Below are positions 49,311-60,062 of a DNA stretch of 64,000 bases, one piece after another (position 1 is the stretch's first letter; each line of letters starts with the position of its first letter). Origin of the DNA: Octopus bimaculoides (taxonomy: Eukaryota); NCBI RefSeq assembly GCF_001194135.2, contig NC_068986.1, positions 61,861,399 through 61,925,398 of the forward strand. Direction: 5' to 3'. The notes under the pieces were generated by a model. That model searched no databases. It worked only from the letters and a program-made list of their open reading frames with translations, and was not told the DNA's origin. Position numbers and translations under genes: made by a program.

Positions 49311-49649
49311 AGCCAAAAATTTGTCTTTCTAACTAGTTTGTTTTTGGTTGTTTGATATGCAGTGTTTTTGAAAAAGTGCGCTGGGGTAAAAATATAAATT
49401 GCTTGGTTTAATTGTTATATTAAAATTGCAACTGCTATCTTACACAAGATATTAGGAGATAAAATTTTAAATGTTTTGAGGTATTTGATGCTAAAGTTTA
49501 AACAGTTTGCACAAACTACTAGCAGTATTGTACACTTACTACAATTCACTGTTGATGAACTTATCCATTTGTGTTTGCATGCACAAAGGTCATCAGCTTT
49601 CTCCCACCCTGTTCAGTTTTTAACACATTTCCTTGACTGTTACTTTCAG

Positions 49650-49721
49650 TTTGTTAATCATCCACAGATCTCAGTTATACTTGATGAAGAAGAGGAAGAA
49701 TGTTTACATTATCTCAATATG
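49650..49721 (+). CDS. SET: SET coding exon 2 (FVNHPQISVILDEEEEECLHYLNM)
   Basis: Acceptor ttcag| at 49649, donor GTGAGT at 49722, 72 nt, phase 0/0. Continues the conserved FWVTxFVNHPQ motif. Confidence 0.95.
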
Positions 49722-50702
49722 GTGAGTTGGAATCCAAAGTACCTAAGTGGGCAGTGGAGGGTTGAAGTAATTTTTCAATTGAATGCAAGTTTATGTTTCA
49801 TTGTATTATAGGTGAGATGTACATATTTGGAATGATGTAAGAAAAGGTTGTACTAGTGTCTAGGTTAGTTAGATAAATACTTTTTTATTGCTAGTAACAA
49901 TACTTAGCTAATTGTGTGTTTAGTACTTTAGTGTGAGCGTACTTTATCTCTCAGCTTTTCCTTTACCTTTAAGGTGACCAATGTCTTATGAGTGGAGGTT
50001 GGTTGGTGGAAATTGCAGAAATTCATCATGTGTGTGTATCTGAGATAATTGCTGATAACATGGTGCACTGAGCAAAAATACTTTATATTTATTCTGCCCA
50101 GGTTGCATAAATTGGTGTTTTCACTAGTTCAAGTTCCTTAGTATGAAAAACATTGTGTGTGCATTATTGTCTCCTTCACACGATAGATATGGATGTCACC
50201 ATCATGCAAGAGGTGTATTTTCTTTGCAATCTTCTAAGAAAACATGCCCAGTCATGGGGAAATGTTGCCTTGCTTGGAAGCAGGTGAATGTTGGTGATAG
50301 AAAGGGCAGTAGACCATAGAAAAATCCGCCTTGACGAGGCTCTGTACACCAATCTTAAGATATTTTGCTAATACATAATGCACTTAATAAAGGGAAGCAT
50401 TTGTGCTAAAAAGAGGTATTAAATGAATAGGTGTAGCAACCAATCTGACATTCTCTATTGCTCACATTAGACAAATTTAAGCTTTCTTCTAATTTATGTG
50501 AGAGATTTTGGTTTCGGACATTGGATGACCTTTCAACAATTATTTATTAGGTCATAAATTGGAATAATAACTATTATTGGTATAATACTTTGCTTTTTCT
50601 TAAAAAGAAATTTATTGTGTATACCATGTTTTCTCAGTAAATTGGTTCCTGGATTGATTTTAGATGGGTGTCTGTAATGCATATCATTTTCAATTTCTCT
50701 AG

Positions 50703-50820
50703 GTGGAAGTTGAAGAGTTTGAGGATATTAAGTCTGGATATAGAGTCAAATTTCATTTCTCACCAAACCCATATTTCTCAAATGACATTTTGTGCAAGGA
50801 GTTCCACTTGGCAACGACGG
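50703..50820 (+). CDS. SET: SET coding exon 3 ([40 protein letters not shown])
   Basis: Acceptor tctctag|, donor GTATGT, 118 nt. Contains the conserved EFEDIKSGY and NPYF..KEF motifs. Confidence 0.95.
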
Positions 50821-51789
50821 GTATGTCAAATATTTCTTCATTGTGTAAGTGTTCTTCCTTCCGAATTAGATTGTAAATCCCTTTGTTTCATGTTTGTTAA
50901 CTACCGTACTTGTTTTTTAGTATTCTACATGTGACCTAATTGTGTTTGATTTTCATTGGATTGTCTATATTTTAAAGAAAGAAAGGAATGCACTGTGGAG
51001 AGCTAAAGGAATATGAATTTCATTAGTTGTTTATCCAGTGTTTTGTCACTTGTGGACATGTAGGTGCTGCTGTTTTCAAAGTTATCTATAATTTGAAATC
51101 AGTGCTAATACACTTCTTTGGATTGTGTAGCTGTTAAATACAAAACTACTGTTACTGTTCTTTTATACAATATTGTGAGGTTAATGGCTGGGACTAATTT
51201 TTTCTTTCCTATTGAATTTTTATGTGTGTGATTGTTAGTCTGGTATGGAGGGAGGGGGCTGCACCCATGTTCTTTGCAGCACCTCTGAGACTAATTAGAT
51301 TAACTACGTTAGTGTTCCACATAAACAGCTGCAAGAAAGATGGTGAAGAGGACTTCTAGGGATCAAATGTTCTGAGTCAAAAGAACTGAATGTATTTCTT
51401 TTAAATAGGGACCTAGTTTCGGCAGGTTAAAAATTTAACATCCTACTATGCATCTTGATCCTGTGTTCTGGATGTTTGGTTTTTCTCTTAAGACTGGCAG
51501 TTCCTTTTGGATGTGATAATGTCAAGTTTATGAGAGATGAGTTTTCTATGGATGTAATTCCCGTCCATTGCAAAATATTCCAAGAGCATATGATTCCTTT
51601 TCCCCACAGTTAGGTGAGGTAAGGTTCTTAACTTGCCAAGGCACACCATAATACTATGGAGCTGTCAATTCTTTCATATAGCTGTTAAAGAGTACACCTG
51701 GTAATACTGCTTACTGTGTTGACATTGATTCTTACTTGATAAATTGGGGCTGTTTATTCATTTGATATTATGTTATCTCCACTTTTTAG

Positions 51790-51965
51790 GGGACCCTGCT
51801 TCAAAGTCAACATCTATCAACTGGCAGGATGGTATGGATCTGACAAAAAAGGTGCAGCGAGAACAGATTGTGATTGCTGATAGAAAGAGAAAGCATCAAC
51901 CTAACCGGACTTTTTTCACCTGGTTTTTAGACAATAAGGATCCATCAGCAGATGATATAGCTGAG
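51790..51965 (+). CDS. SET: SET coding exon 4 (GDPASKSTSINWQDGMDLTK...RKRKHQPNRTFFTWF...ADDIAE)
   Basis: Acceptor tttttag|, donor GTAAGA, 176 nt, phases consistent. Contains the conserved FFTWF motif. Confidence 0.95.
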
Positions 51966-52636
51966 GTAAGATTTTGGTCTTAGAATCTTCAGTTTGAGAT
52001 TTAAATAGAAATAGTTTTGATGTATGGTTAATTGAGGCTAACCAGCCAAATAAGTTTCCATTGCTAATGAAAGAGGTAAAATTTCTTTTAGCTATTAAAG
52101 AAAAGGTAGAAAAGGGGCCACTTTTGTAAACCAGACTTCATGCTTAATGAGATGTATTTACTTAACGTGTTCCAGCCTAGGCTGCGGCTCTGTTGAGGAA
52201 CTGCTGTACCTTTTTTGTTGAATCTGAGAAAAGAAAGAAGTGATAAATTATCCATTCTGACACTCTACTTCTCTAAATATTTTCTGGACTGTACATCAGC
52301 ATTCGACTTGCCTTTTGCAAGAAAGGCTTTGCCATGATTCCATTTAATGTGCCTTCTGTGAAAGCCACCTATTTTGTTGAGCATGGTTTTATTACTTCCT
52401 TTTATCCCCTTTACACTCAAAAGAAATGCTTTGTTGGTGTGACATTCATTGTTTGATGTTTGCATAATTTAGCTGGCAGCTTTAGAAAAGAATTTTTCTT
52501 TAGGTAAATTGAGACCAAATATCAAGCTAAATTTCCATTTGAAATTAGGTCCTTGACTTTGGAGAAAGTATATCTGTTCATAGAGTAAATATTTTGGGAA
52601 AGCATTTCCATTTATCTACTTTTGTTAACTTTTCAG

Positions 52637-52716
52637 GTAATCAAGGATGATATGTGGCCCAATCCATTACAATATTTCTTGGCTCCTGACATTGAAGTAG
52701 AAGAAAATGGCGTCAG
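52637..52716 (+). CDS. SET: SET coding exon 5 ([27 protein letters not shown])
   Basis: Acceptor tttcag|, donor GTATAT, 80 nt. IKDDxWPNPLQY is the NAP/SET signature. Confidence 0.95.
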
Positions 52717-52889
52717 GTATATATGTATTCATTTGTTGTCTTTTTTTACACTATTTGCAATAATTGTATTCAGTCTTCATTTAATTTCCCATTTTCTATA
52801 TAAAGGTGGTAAATTGGGTTTCCATTTAAACATTTGATCAATCCAACTATAGTTGCCCACATTAACTTTTTATCCAGGTTAATCAAATG

Positions 52890-53175
52890 ATTTGGGTATT
52901 CAGTCCATGATTGTAAGGTCGTAAGTTTGATTCTTAGTAGCACGTTATGTCCTTGAGGAAGATAGTTTATTTCATGTTGCTCCAGCTGGCAAAAATGAAT
53001 TGTACCTGTATTTCGAAGGTCCAACCTTGTCACATTCTATGTGTCCTGCTGAATCTCCCTAAGTACTATGTTAAGGGTACACATGTTTGTGAAATGCTCG
53101 GCTACTTGCACATTAATTTCACAAGCAGACTGTTCTGTTGATCGGATCAGCTGGAATCCTCATCATTGTAACCAA
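52890..53175 (+). mobile_element. tRNA-derived SINE, family B
   Basis: gtaagtttgattct...tccagctggcaaaaatgaattgtacctgtatttc...gttgatcggatcagctgg...catcattgtaacc. It is the inverse-orientation partner of 49040-49310. Confidence 0.75.
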
Positions 53176-55299
53176 TGAAATGGCAGTTTTTAATGAAAAC
53201 TTATCCAAAACAATGAAATTTTGTAAGCCCTCTTTTAGTTTATATATCATGGCTTCCATATTATTGAGTATCAATTTGATTATATCATCAAATGACAGAA
53301 ATCAGAACTTAGAACAGTCCATTTCAGAGATTTGATTGCATGAGTTTTTAGGGTTTGTCAGAGGTCACATCTTACATTGGTGACATTAAACTGAGGCAGG
53401 GACTACCAAGTGAATGGGTTGGTGATGTTGCAGGTAGAGCTGATACTGGTGTGTAAAAGTCCACCTGTATATTAAAATAAATAAATAAATGAATCCAATG
53501 TGTGCTGCATTGCAATTGGTGAAAATAAAGTTCATAAAGGCTGGTTTAAAACACATAATTTATTCAAACTGTAATAAGTACTGGTACGATGTCATGAGAA
53601 TTTGTTTTTCTGTGTGTGTATGTAAAACCATTAAATAGTGCAGCGAGACAGGAAGAAATTGCATGACTTACTATATATTTTAGTTTATATAAAGCAGAGT
53701 GGAAACTGATATTCATAAATTGAGTCGCGTGGGAAGGTGATGTACACTGAAATAGTAGCATGTCGAAGGAGGCGATGTTGTCACTAGGGCTGTCAATGCT
53801 GTAACTCTATGCTATTCAAAAAAGGTGCACAATACTGCTAGGTGGAAGTTGCTACTGGTATCCTTCTGCAGCCAGCTCTAATTGATTGAGGTGGGCATAG
53901 CACAACTGTGCTATGCCACAACAACAAAATAGATCTTTTCTGTCTCACTACACTACCCCTCTGCAAACTGCAAGTCGATAGAAGTATGCAGGAGGAATGA
54001 AAAATGCAAAGCAATGGAAGAAAAATTACAAAGCAAAATATACATTTCAAGACAGCAAAATGAAAACAGTGTTCAGAATTGTGAAAGTATGTGTTGTAGA
54101 TGAATGTGATGAAGGCTGAGAAAAATTGTGCATATCAAGAGAATGTATAAGGGACAGGTATCTATTTGGGTAGTTCAAAAATTAGTGTGAGTGAGCATGT
54201 GGAATATGCCAGTCATAGTGTGACTGAGGCAGTGTGCATGAGTGCGTGCATTCTCAGTCCATAACGTCAGTGAAAATTTTCTTGCAGAATGCATTTGGTA
54301 TGAAATGCCTTCAAAGATGAGCAGAAGCACATGTGTGTCATGCTGGCGCATTGCAAGAGACAAGCAACTCTCTCTATTAAGTACGTGACCAACCAGGGGT
54401 CTAATAGAAACAAGTTGTGTCTTACAAGGGCACAGAGAACATGAGATAGCAACTAATGAAAGCAGATCTTGTGCATGTGTGTAACTGGGTGTAGGCATGT
54501 GTGTATGAACATTGAAAAATGAAACGAGCAAGAATGACAAATGTGGCTAGAAAGTGTCTTGGTTTTGAAAAGCAAAAGGGATAACTGAAATGTAAGGAAA
54601 AGTTACAGTCTATATACAAGAGTTCAAAGGAGGCAAGATGCCTGAAAGCATTGATAAAACAGTTGAAACACGGCAACAATTGCTATGCCTAATGCAATAC
54701 CACAAGCCAAAACTTTGCATCAGAGACACAGGGGGCAACAAAGGATGCTGTAAGGTGGTTACTTCTCGGAGTCATAAAACTAAACAGTCAATCAGGTGCG
54801 AAGAGCTGGAATCAGCTTCAGGAAGTGGGGCTGGAGAATTTCAGTGAGTTGGGGCAAAAGTCCAGGGCAGTGAAGGCTGAAACATTGATAAAACCTGATT
54901 AAGCCAAGAAAATGGCACAGCCATCAAAAACAAGTCAAAGGAAGCAGGTCCTCAATGGTTCCAGCATTGGTAAAAATCAAAGGTCATCTTCAATGCTGTG
55001 TCCAAAAGTCAAATTGAAGCGAGGCTGCACATAATGACAAGTGGGAAAGGTGGGTAGCAAAATTCACATTTATGGTTCAGACAAAGCAGGATGCCATAAA
55101 TGTAGTTTAACGTGTTCATTTCTTGTGCATAATTTTTTATTTGAGGAATATTTCATAAAGAAATATTCCAACTTTAGGTTCATAAATTTTTGATGGTAAA
55201 TGGTTTTTTTGCAATATTGAGGATAACTGGAAGTTCCTACAAGACAACTTGCTAAGAGCCACAGACCAAATTTGTGGTTAGTGCAGGGCCCCAACCAAG

Positions 55300-57643
55300 C
55301 CTAGGGTGATGTGGTGAAACAGTGCAGTTGACGGGGCCATTAGGGCAAAGAAATCGGCTTGGAAGGATTTGAAGGGTGGTGGTAGCAAGGAGATACATCA
55401 AGCAGCTAGAAGGGAATCTAGGAAGCGGGTAGACTAAGCCAGGGGTGCAGCAGAAAGGCAAAGCTTGCCAATGTTATGCAGCGTGAGACAGTGTGCCAGG
55501 GAAAATTGTGGTATTGTTGGAGAGAAGTGTATTGGCATGGATAATGGTGAAGACATGGGAGAAAGAGAGTCTGCCTACTGTGGATCCAACAGATGGACAA
55601 GCAATCTGAATAGACAGTAGCATGATAGGTAAAGCAATGAAGGATATGAAGACCAGGAAAGTCCCTAGCCCCTCATGTATCAGCACTAAGATGCTTAAAA
55701 TAACGGATGGTATGGGTTATGGCCTAATCACCTGTATAGTTAACCAGGTTGTACATGAGGGAGTTATACCCAATGACTGGTGTAGCAGCATCATAGTCAA
55801 CTGCTACAAAGGTAATAGTGACGCCTTAGACAAAAATAATTGCAGAGATATCAAATTATTGGATCAGGCGATGAAAGTTACTGAGAGTCTTAGCCCGACT
55901 AATTAGGAAGAGTTAGTCTAGATGAAATGTAGTTTGGTTTTGTGCCAGGGAGAAACACCACTGATGCTATATTTCTGGTAAGGCAACTGCAGAGGTACCT
56001 AGCCAAAGATAAACCTCTGTACTTGGCTTTTAAGGTTCCCCGATCCCTTACCTGGTGGTCGATGCAGAACCTAACAATAGACAAGTGGCTGGTGAAAGTT
56101 GTATGAGCCTTTTCCAGAAAAGTTAAGATTTGACTGCTATTTATAGCATTCCCTGTTACCACGTAACAGCTATTTGCATTCATATCAAAATATTTACCAA
56201 CTCTTTTCCTTCCATTTATTTTTTCCACTTTATGGAAGTCAATATTTTCTCTGTTGACATCCACCTCAGTTTTTTTTTTACTATTCTCCCAGTTCTGTGC
56301 TTTCTGGAAGAGAAACCCTCACATTATCTCAAAGCTACGAGAGTTCACTGACGTGATTTGTTTATTTTACAGAGATGTATGAGCCATGTACAGGGATGCT
56401 ACCAGTAAGGTGAAGGTTGGCAATGAGTATAGATCGCTATACTCATTGTACAAGTAGGGGTTTAGCAAGGATCAGTTCTCAGCTCCTTCTTGTTCATCAT
56501 AACCCTCCAGGCAATAACAAAGGAATTTAAAATGGGCTGCTCCTCTATGTGAATGACCATGTTCTCCTAGCCAAATCACTTCAAGAACTAGAGAAATTTC
56601 AGGTGTGGAAGCACGGTCTAGAATCGAAAGGTCTTGTTAATCTAGCAAAAACCAAAGTCTTAGTAAGTAGGAGAGCAGAAAAACTACAAACCCCTTCGGG
56701 TAGATANNNNNNNNNNNNNNNNNNNNNNNNNNNNNNNNNNNNNNNNNNNNNNNNNNNNNNNNNNNNNNNNNNNNNNNNNNNNNNNNNNNNNNNNNNNNNN
56801 NNNNNNNNNNNNNNNNNNNNNNNNNNNNNNNNNNNNNNNNNNNNNNNNNNGGAAGGTGCACAGGTATGATTAACACTAAAAATCTGCAGAAAATACATTC
56901 CATCAAATGCCAGGGGAAAAACTATAAGTAGTTGATACTCCAAGAGCATATCTGCTAGAATAATAATAGGCTGGGCAAAGTTCAGAGAGCTCCTATCTCT
57001 GTTGGTAATAAACGGCCTCTCTCTCAGAGTGAAAGGCATATTGTATGATGCTTGTGTGTGAACAGCCATGAAATGAAGCTAGTATGTTTCGCTGGAAGCG
57101 TAATGTCTGTGTATGCATGGCAAAGTGTAAGCCAATTGAGAGAAAAGTTGGGCATAAGAAGCATCAGATGTAGTGTGCAAGCGAGACTGCTGGTATGGTC
57201 ATGTGATGCATACAGACAAGGACAGATGTGTAAAGAAGTTCCAAACTCTAACGGCGGAGGGAACTTGTGACTTCTGGAAGAGGTAGCCACATGGAGGCAA
57301 TGACAAGTGACTGAAACCTTTGGTAATATGCCGTGCTTGAGAAGACCTGTCAAACAAAGTGAAATTGTAGTTGTGGCTGATGCAACTAGCACATAAAGAG
57401 CACCATTCAAGTGTTGGTCCTCACAGAGACAGTGACCTACCATGCTTGAGAAGACGTGTCAAGGCAAGTGAGATATAGTCGTGGCACGTAAAAAGCATCT
57501 CTTGAAGTGGTTGGCATTAGGAAAGGCTTCCGGCTATAGAAACTATGCCAAGTCAGATTGGAACCTGATTCAGCTTACCACTTTCCAGTCAAACTATCCA
57601 ACCCATACCAAGCATGGAAAACGGACGTTAAATGATGATGATT
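55300..57643 (+). mobile_element. RTE LINE, 5'-truncated, degenerate, with an internal insertion
   Basis: MIGKAMKDMKTRKVPSPSCISTKMLK...IPNDWCSSIIVNCYKG, FQVWKHGLESKG and a 3' UTR with an (ATG)n tail at ~57632-57642. Confidence 0.88.
56109..56375 (-). repeat. Chimeric 267-bp insertion containing piggyBac pieces, flanked by a 9-bp duplication
   Basis: TGTATGAGC at 56100-56108 and 56376-56384. The minus strand joins a piggyBac subterminal motif (tctcgtagctttgagataat, cf. 25062) to transposase sequence (EVDVNRENIDFHKVEKINGRK, cf. 25935-26000). Confidence 0.8.
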
Positions 57644-58080
57644 TGGGTTAATGTAAATTCATTCTCGTCATTCATAAAAGAGATAATATATTCTTTAATA
57701 CCTTGAGTTTGCAAAACTTAAGCATGTTGACTTACTATGGGAACTATCTAATATATGTGAATGTCTTTTATTGCAGAATGATGGACTGCTTAAAACACCA
57801 GTTCCAACAATTATTGGTGTTTGTTGTCATTGATAATGTTTTGATTACTCCGTTGTGATATGAAGCAACAACAATCTTATTAGGCTGGTTTGAAATCTAA
57901 TTTTACCATCCAATGGAAAACAATTTAGGGTTAAGTGTGAAACCTATTCTTCACTAACTGATGTTAAATGATGATGATGATGACGACGACGACTATTATT
58001 ATTAAGTTACAATGTAATATGTGCTTTTATGAGCATGTAGATTAATGTTTTATTGCAATACTATTTGTTTTTCTAACTAG

Positions 58081-58160
58081 TGATGAAGATGATGATGATG
58101 ATGAACTAGATGAATCTGTTGTCGTTGTGAATGAAGATGATGATGATGATGAAGAAGAAG
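58081..58160 (+). CDS. SET: SET coding exon 6, acidic tail (SDEDDDDDELDESVVVVNEDDDDDEEE)
   Basis: Acceptor ttttctaactag|, donor GTGAGC, phase 2 to 1, consistent with exon 5. Encodes an Asp/Glu-rich tail as expected for SET. Confidence 0.85.
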
Positions 58161-58749
58161 GTGAGCTGTTGTTTTTTCCTTTTGATACCAAACTAAAAAT
58201 TATAAGTATCCAGTTTTTGTTAAGCATTTTTTGTCTTTTATGTTCAAGGTTAGTGTGATCGTTTCACATCAATTATTATACTGATATTCTTGATACTTGC
58301 AGGAATTAGCATTTCATAAGTGTCTTTAGTTGTCATTTTGAGAAGTAGGGCTCTCACCAGCTAACTTATGGAGCACCATTTCAATTAGTAAATTCACTGT
58401 ATTTGTTTTTTCAGATTTTAAATTTCATGTGTTTTAGCTTTAATTTTTACTTGTTCGTCAATTTTTAGATTTTAGCCTTTTTTATGTAGATGTTTCCCGA
58501 TATACTTAGGCAGTGAATGTGAATGGTGTACTTCAAGGAGTAAGATGTTGCTGTGTGGTCTCAGTCCTTGGAGCAATTTTATTTGCTTTAACCATAATTC
58601 TCTTGAAGTAGTTGTGAGAATCTATTCATCATTTAGGTAATAGACTGCTACATTGAAATACTTGGTTTCACTATCCTGTATCTATTGAAAGAAATAGTTT
58701 GTTTTTCTTTTTATTGAACATGTATAATGATGCTTTTTTTTTTTTTAAG

Positions 58750-58815
58750 ATGAGGAGATCTATGAAGTAGATGAGGATGATGATGAAGTTGAGGAAGTTG
58801 GTGAAGCTCTTGAAG
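58750..58815 (+). CDS. SET: SET coding exon 7, acidic tail (DEEIYEVDEDDDEVEEVGEALE)
   Basis: Long polypyrimidine tract plus AG at 58748-58749, donor GTAATA, 66 nt, phase 1/1. Confidence 0.8.
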
Positions 58816-58929
58816 GTAATAAAATTAAATTTGGTTTAATTAAGTCTATATTGTTTATGATGTAATGTACATTTGTCTTTTCATGATGTAGGCATAGGGT
58901 TATGTGAATTGTATGTATTCTTGTTTGTA

Positions 58930-59560
58930 TTTTTGTGAACATATATTTGTTTATTTCTGCCTTTGGATGCATGCCATGTTGTTTTGTGCTAGGTCTTGTA
59001 TGGGAACAATGTTGGCCGGGGTCAGCTTGTGCTTGCTAGCAAATTCTTGGAGTTGCAGTCCACAGTCGTTGGTTTTTCCAGTTCCAAATTGTCCCACTGT
59101 CCAAGCCAACTGGTCATGTGCATCCTGGCTTAGTTTGGTGTTCCAATCTCCTAAGACAGGGAGTGAGGACTTTTTTTTTTTTTTTTTTTTAAGGACCATC
59201 CTGGTGATTTTCTCCAGGTCCTCATAGAATTATTCAGTGGTATCATCATCATATTCAAGTGTTGGTGCATAGACTTGTATTATGGTAATGTTTTGTGGTT
59301 TTGCTGCCACATGTATAGTGATGAGCCTGCTGGATACTGATATGCAGTTGATGACTGAAACTACTTTGGCTTTGTGAATGATGAAGCCTACTCCATTTTC
59401 ATGGAAGCAGACAGAAAAAAATCTTCATTTGACAACAAAAAGTACTGGGCAGGTCACTATGCAGCAAACCTGCTACACATGACAGTAGCAACATCTGACT
59501 ATGAAAGTGTCTAGAGTGGCACCCCAATAACTGGCTGCATCAGTTAAGGGATCTTGATGA
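58930..59560 (-). mobile_element. RTE-type AP-endonuclease fragment in SET intron 7
   Basis: Minus-strand GVGFII, SVSSRLITI, NITIIQVYAPT, FYEDLEK, VLGDWNTKL and NDCGLQLQEFASKHKL. Confidence 0.8.
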
Positions 59561-59976
59561 TGTTTGTGTAATTTGCACCCCCTTCTCAATTCAATTTAAC
59601 CATGTATTTTTATGACTTGACTAAATGTGACAGAATTAATGTTTCACTGTTTTAAGTAAAGTAATTAGATTTCAAGATGTGCTTCACAGAATCAATTTCA
59701 GTGGTAATGGGCCTTAGTATATTTGTATCATAGGGTCATCTAACCTATGATACAGATAAATAGACATTAAAAGGTTGATGTTAGGGTTGTTTTCATTGCT
59801 ACTGCTGGAGCCTTTTTAAACAACTTTGAAGATATGGCTTAAAGGTTTTGAAGCTGTTGTATCACTGGTTGTGACTATTTTCAGAATTTCTTCTCTGTTT
59901 ATATTTGTTTGAAACATTAACGAAGAAAAAGTATCTTCATCTGCAGGTTTTTTATGATATCTTATCTTTTTTGCAG

Positions 59977-60062
59977 GTGAAGATGTGGAAGTTTTAGATG
60001 GTGATGATGAAGATGAGGATGATGATAAGGCTCATGAAGCAAAAAAAGAATCAAAAGAATGA
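59977..60062 (+). CDS. SET: SET terminal coding exon 8 (GEDVEVLDGDDEDEDDDKAHEAKKESKE*)
   Basis: Acceptor cttttttgcag|, phase 1, stop TGA at 60060-60062. The joined CDS is 948 nt, giving 315 aa. Confidence 0.85.

Larger units (their letters stand above)
41995..49649 (+). other. U12-type (minor spliceosome) GT-AG intron of SET
   Basis: 5' splice site GTATCCTTT. Branch box TTCCTTGAC at 49629-49637, with the branch A 13 nt from the 3' AG. Only a short pyrimidine stretch follows. Confidence 0.92.

Noticed and set aside
52140-52230. Possible box C/D snoRNA in SET intron 4
   Set aside because: The box C is non-canonical, there is no terminal stem and no recognisable rRNA/snRNA guide.
58042-58227. 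Minus-strand poly-Ser ORF
   Set aside because: It is the antisense shadow of the (GAT/GAA)-rich SET acidic exon.
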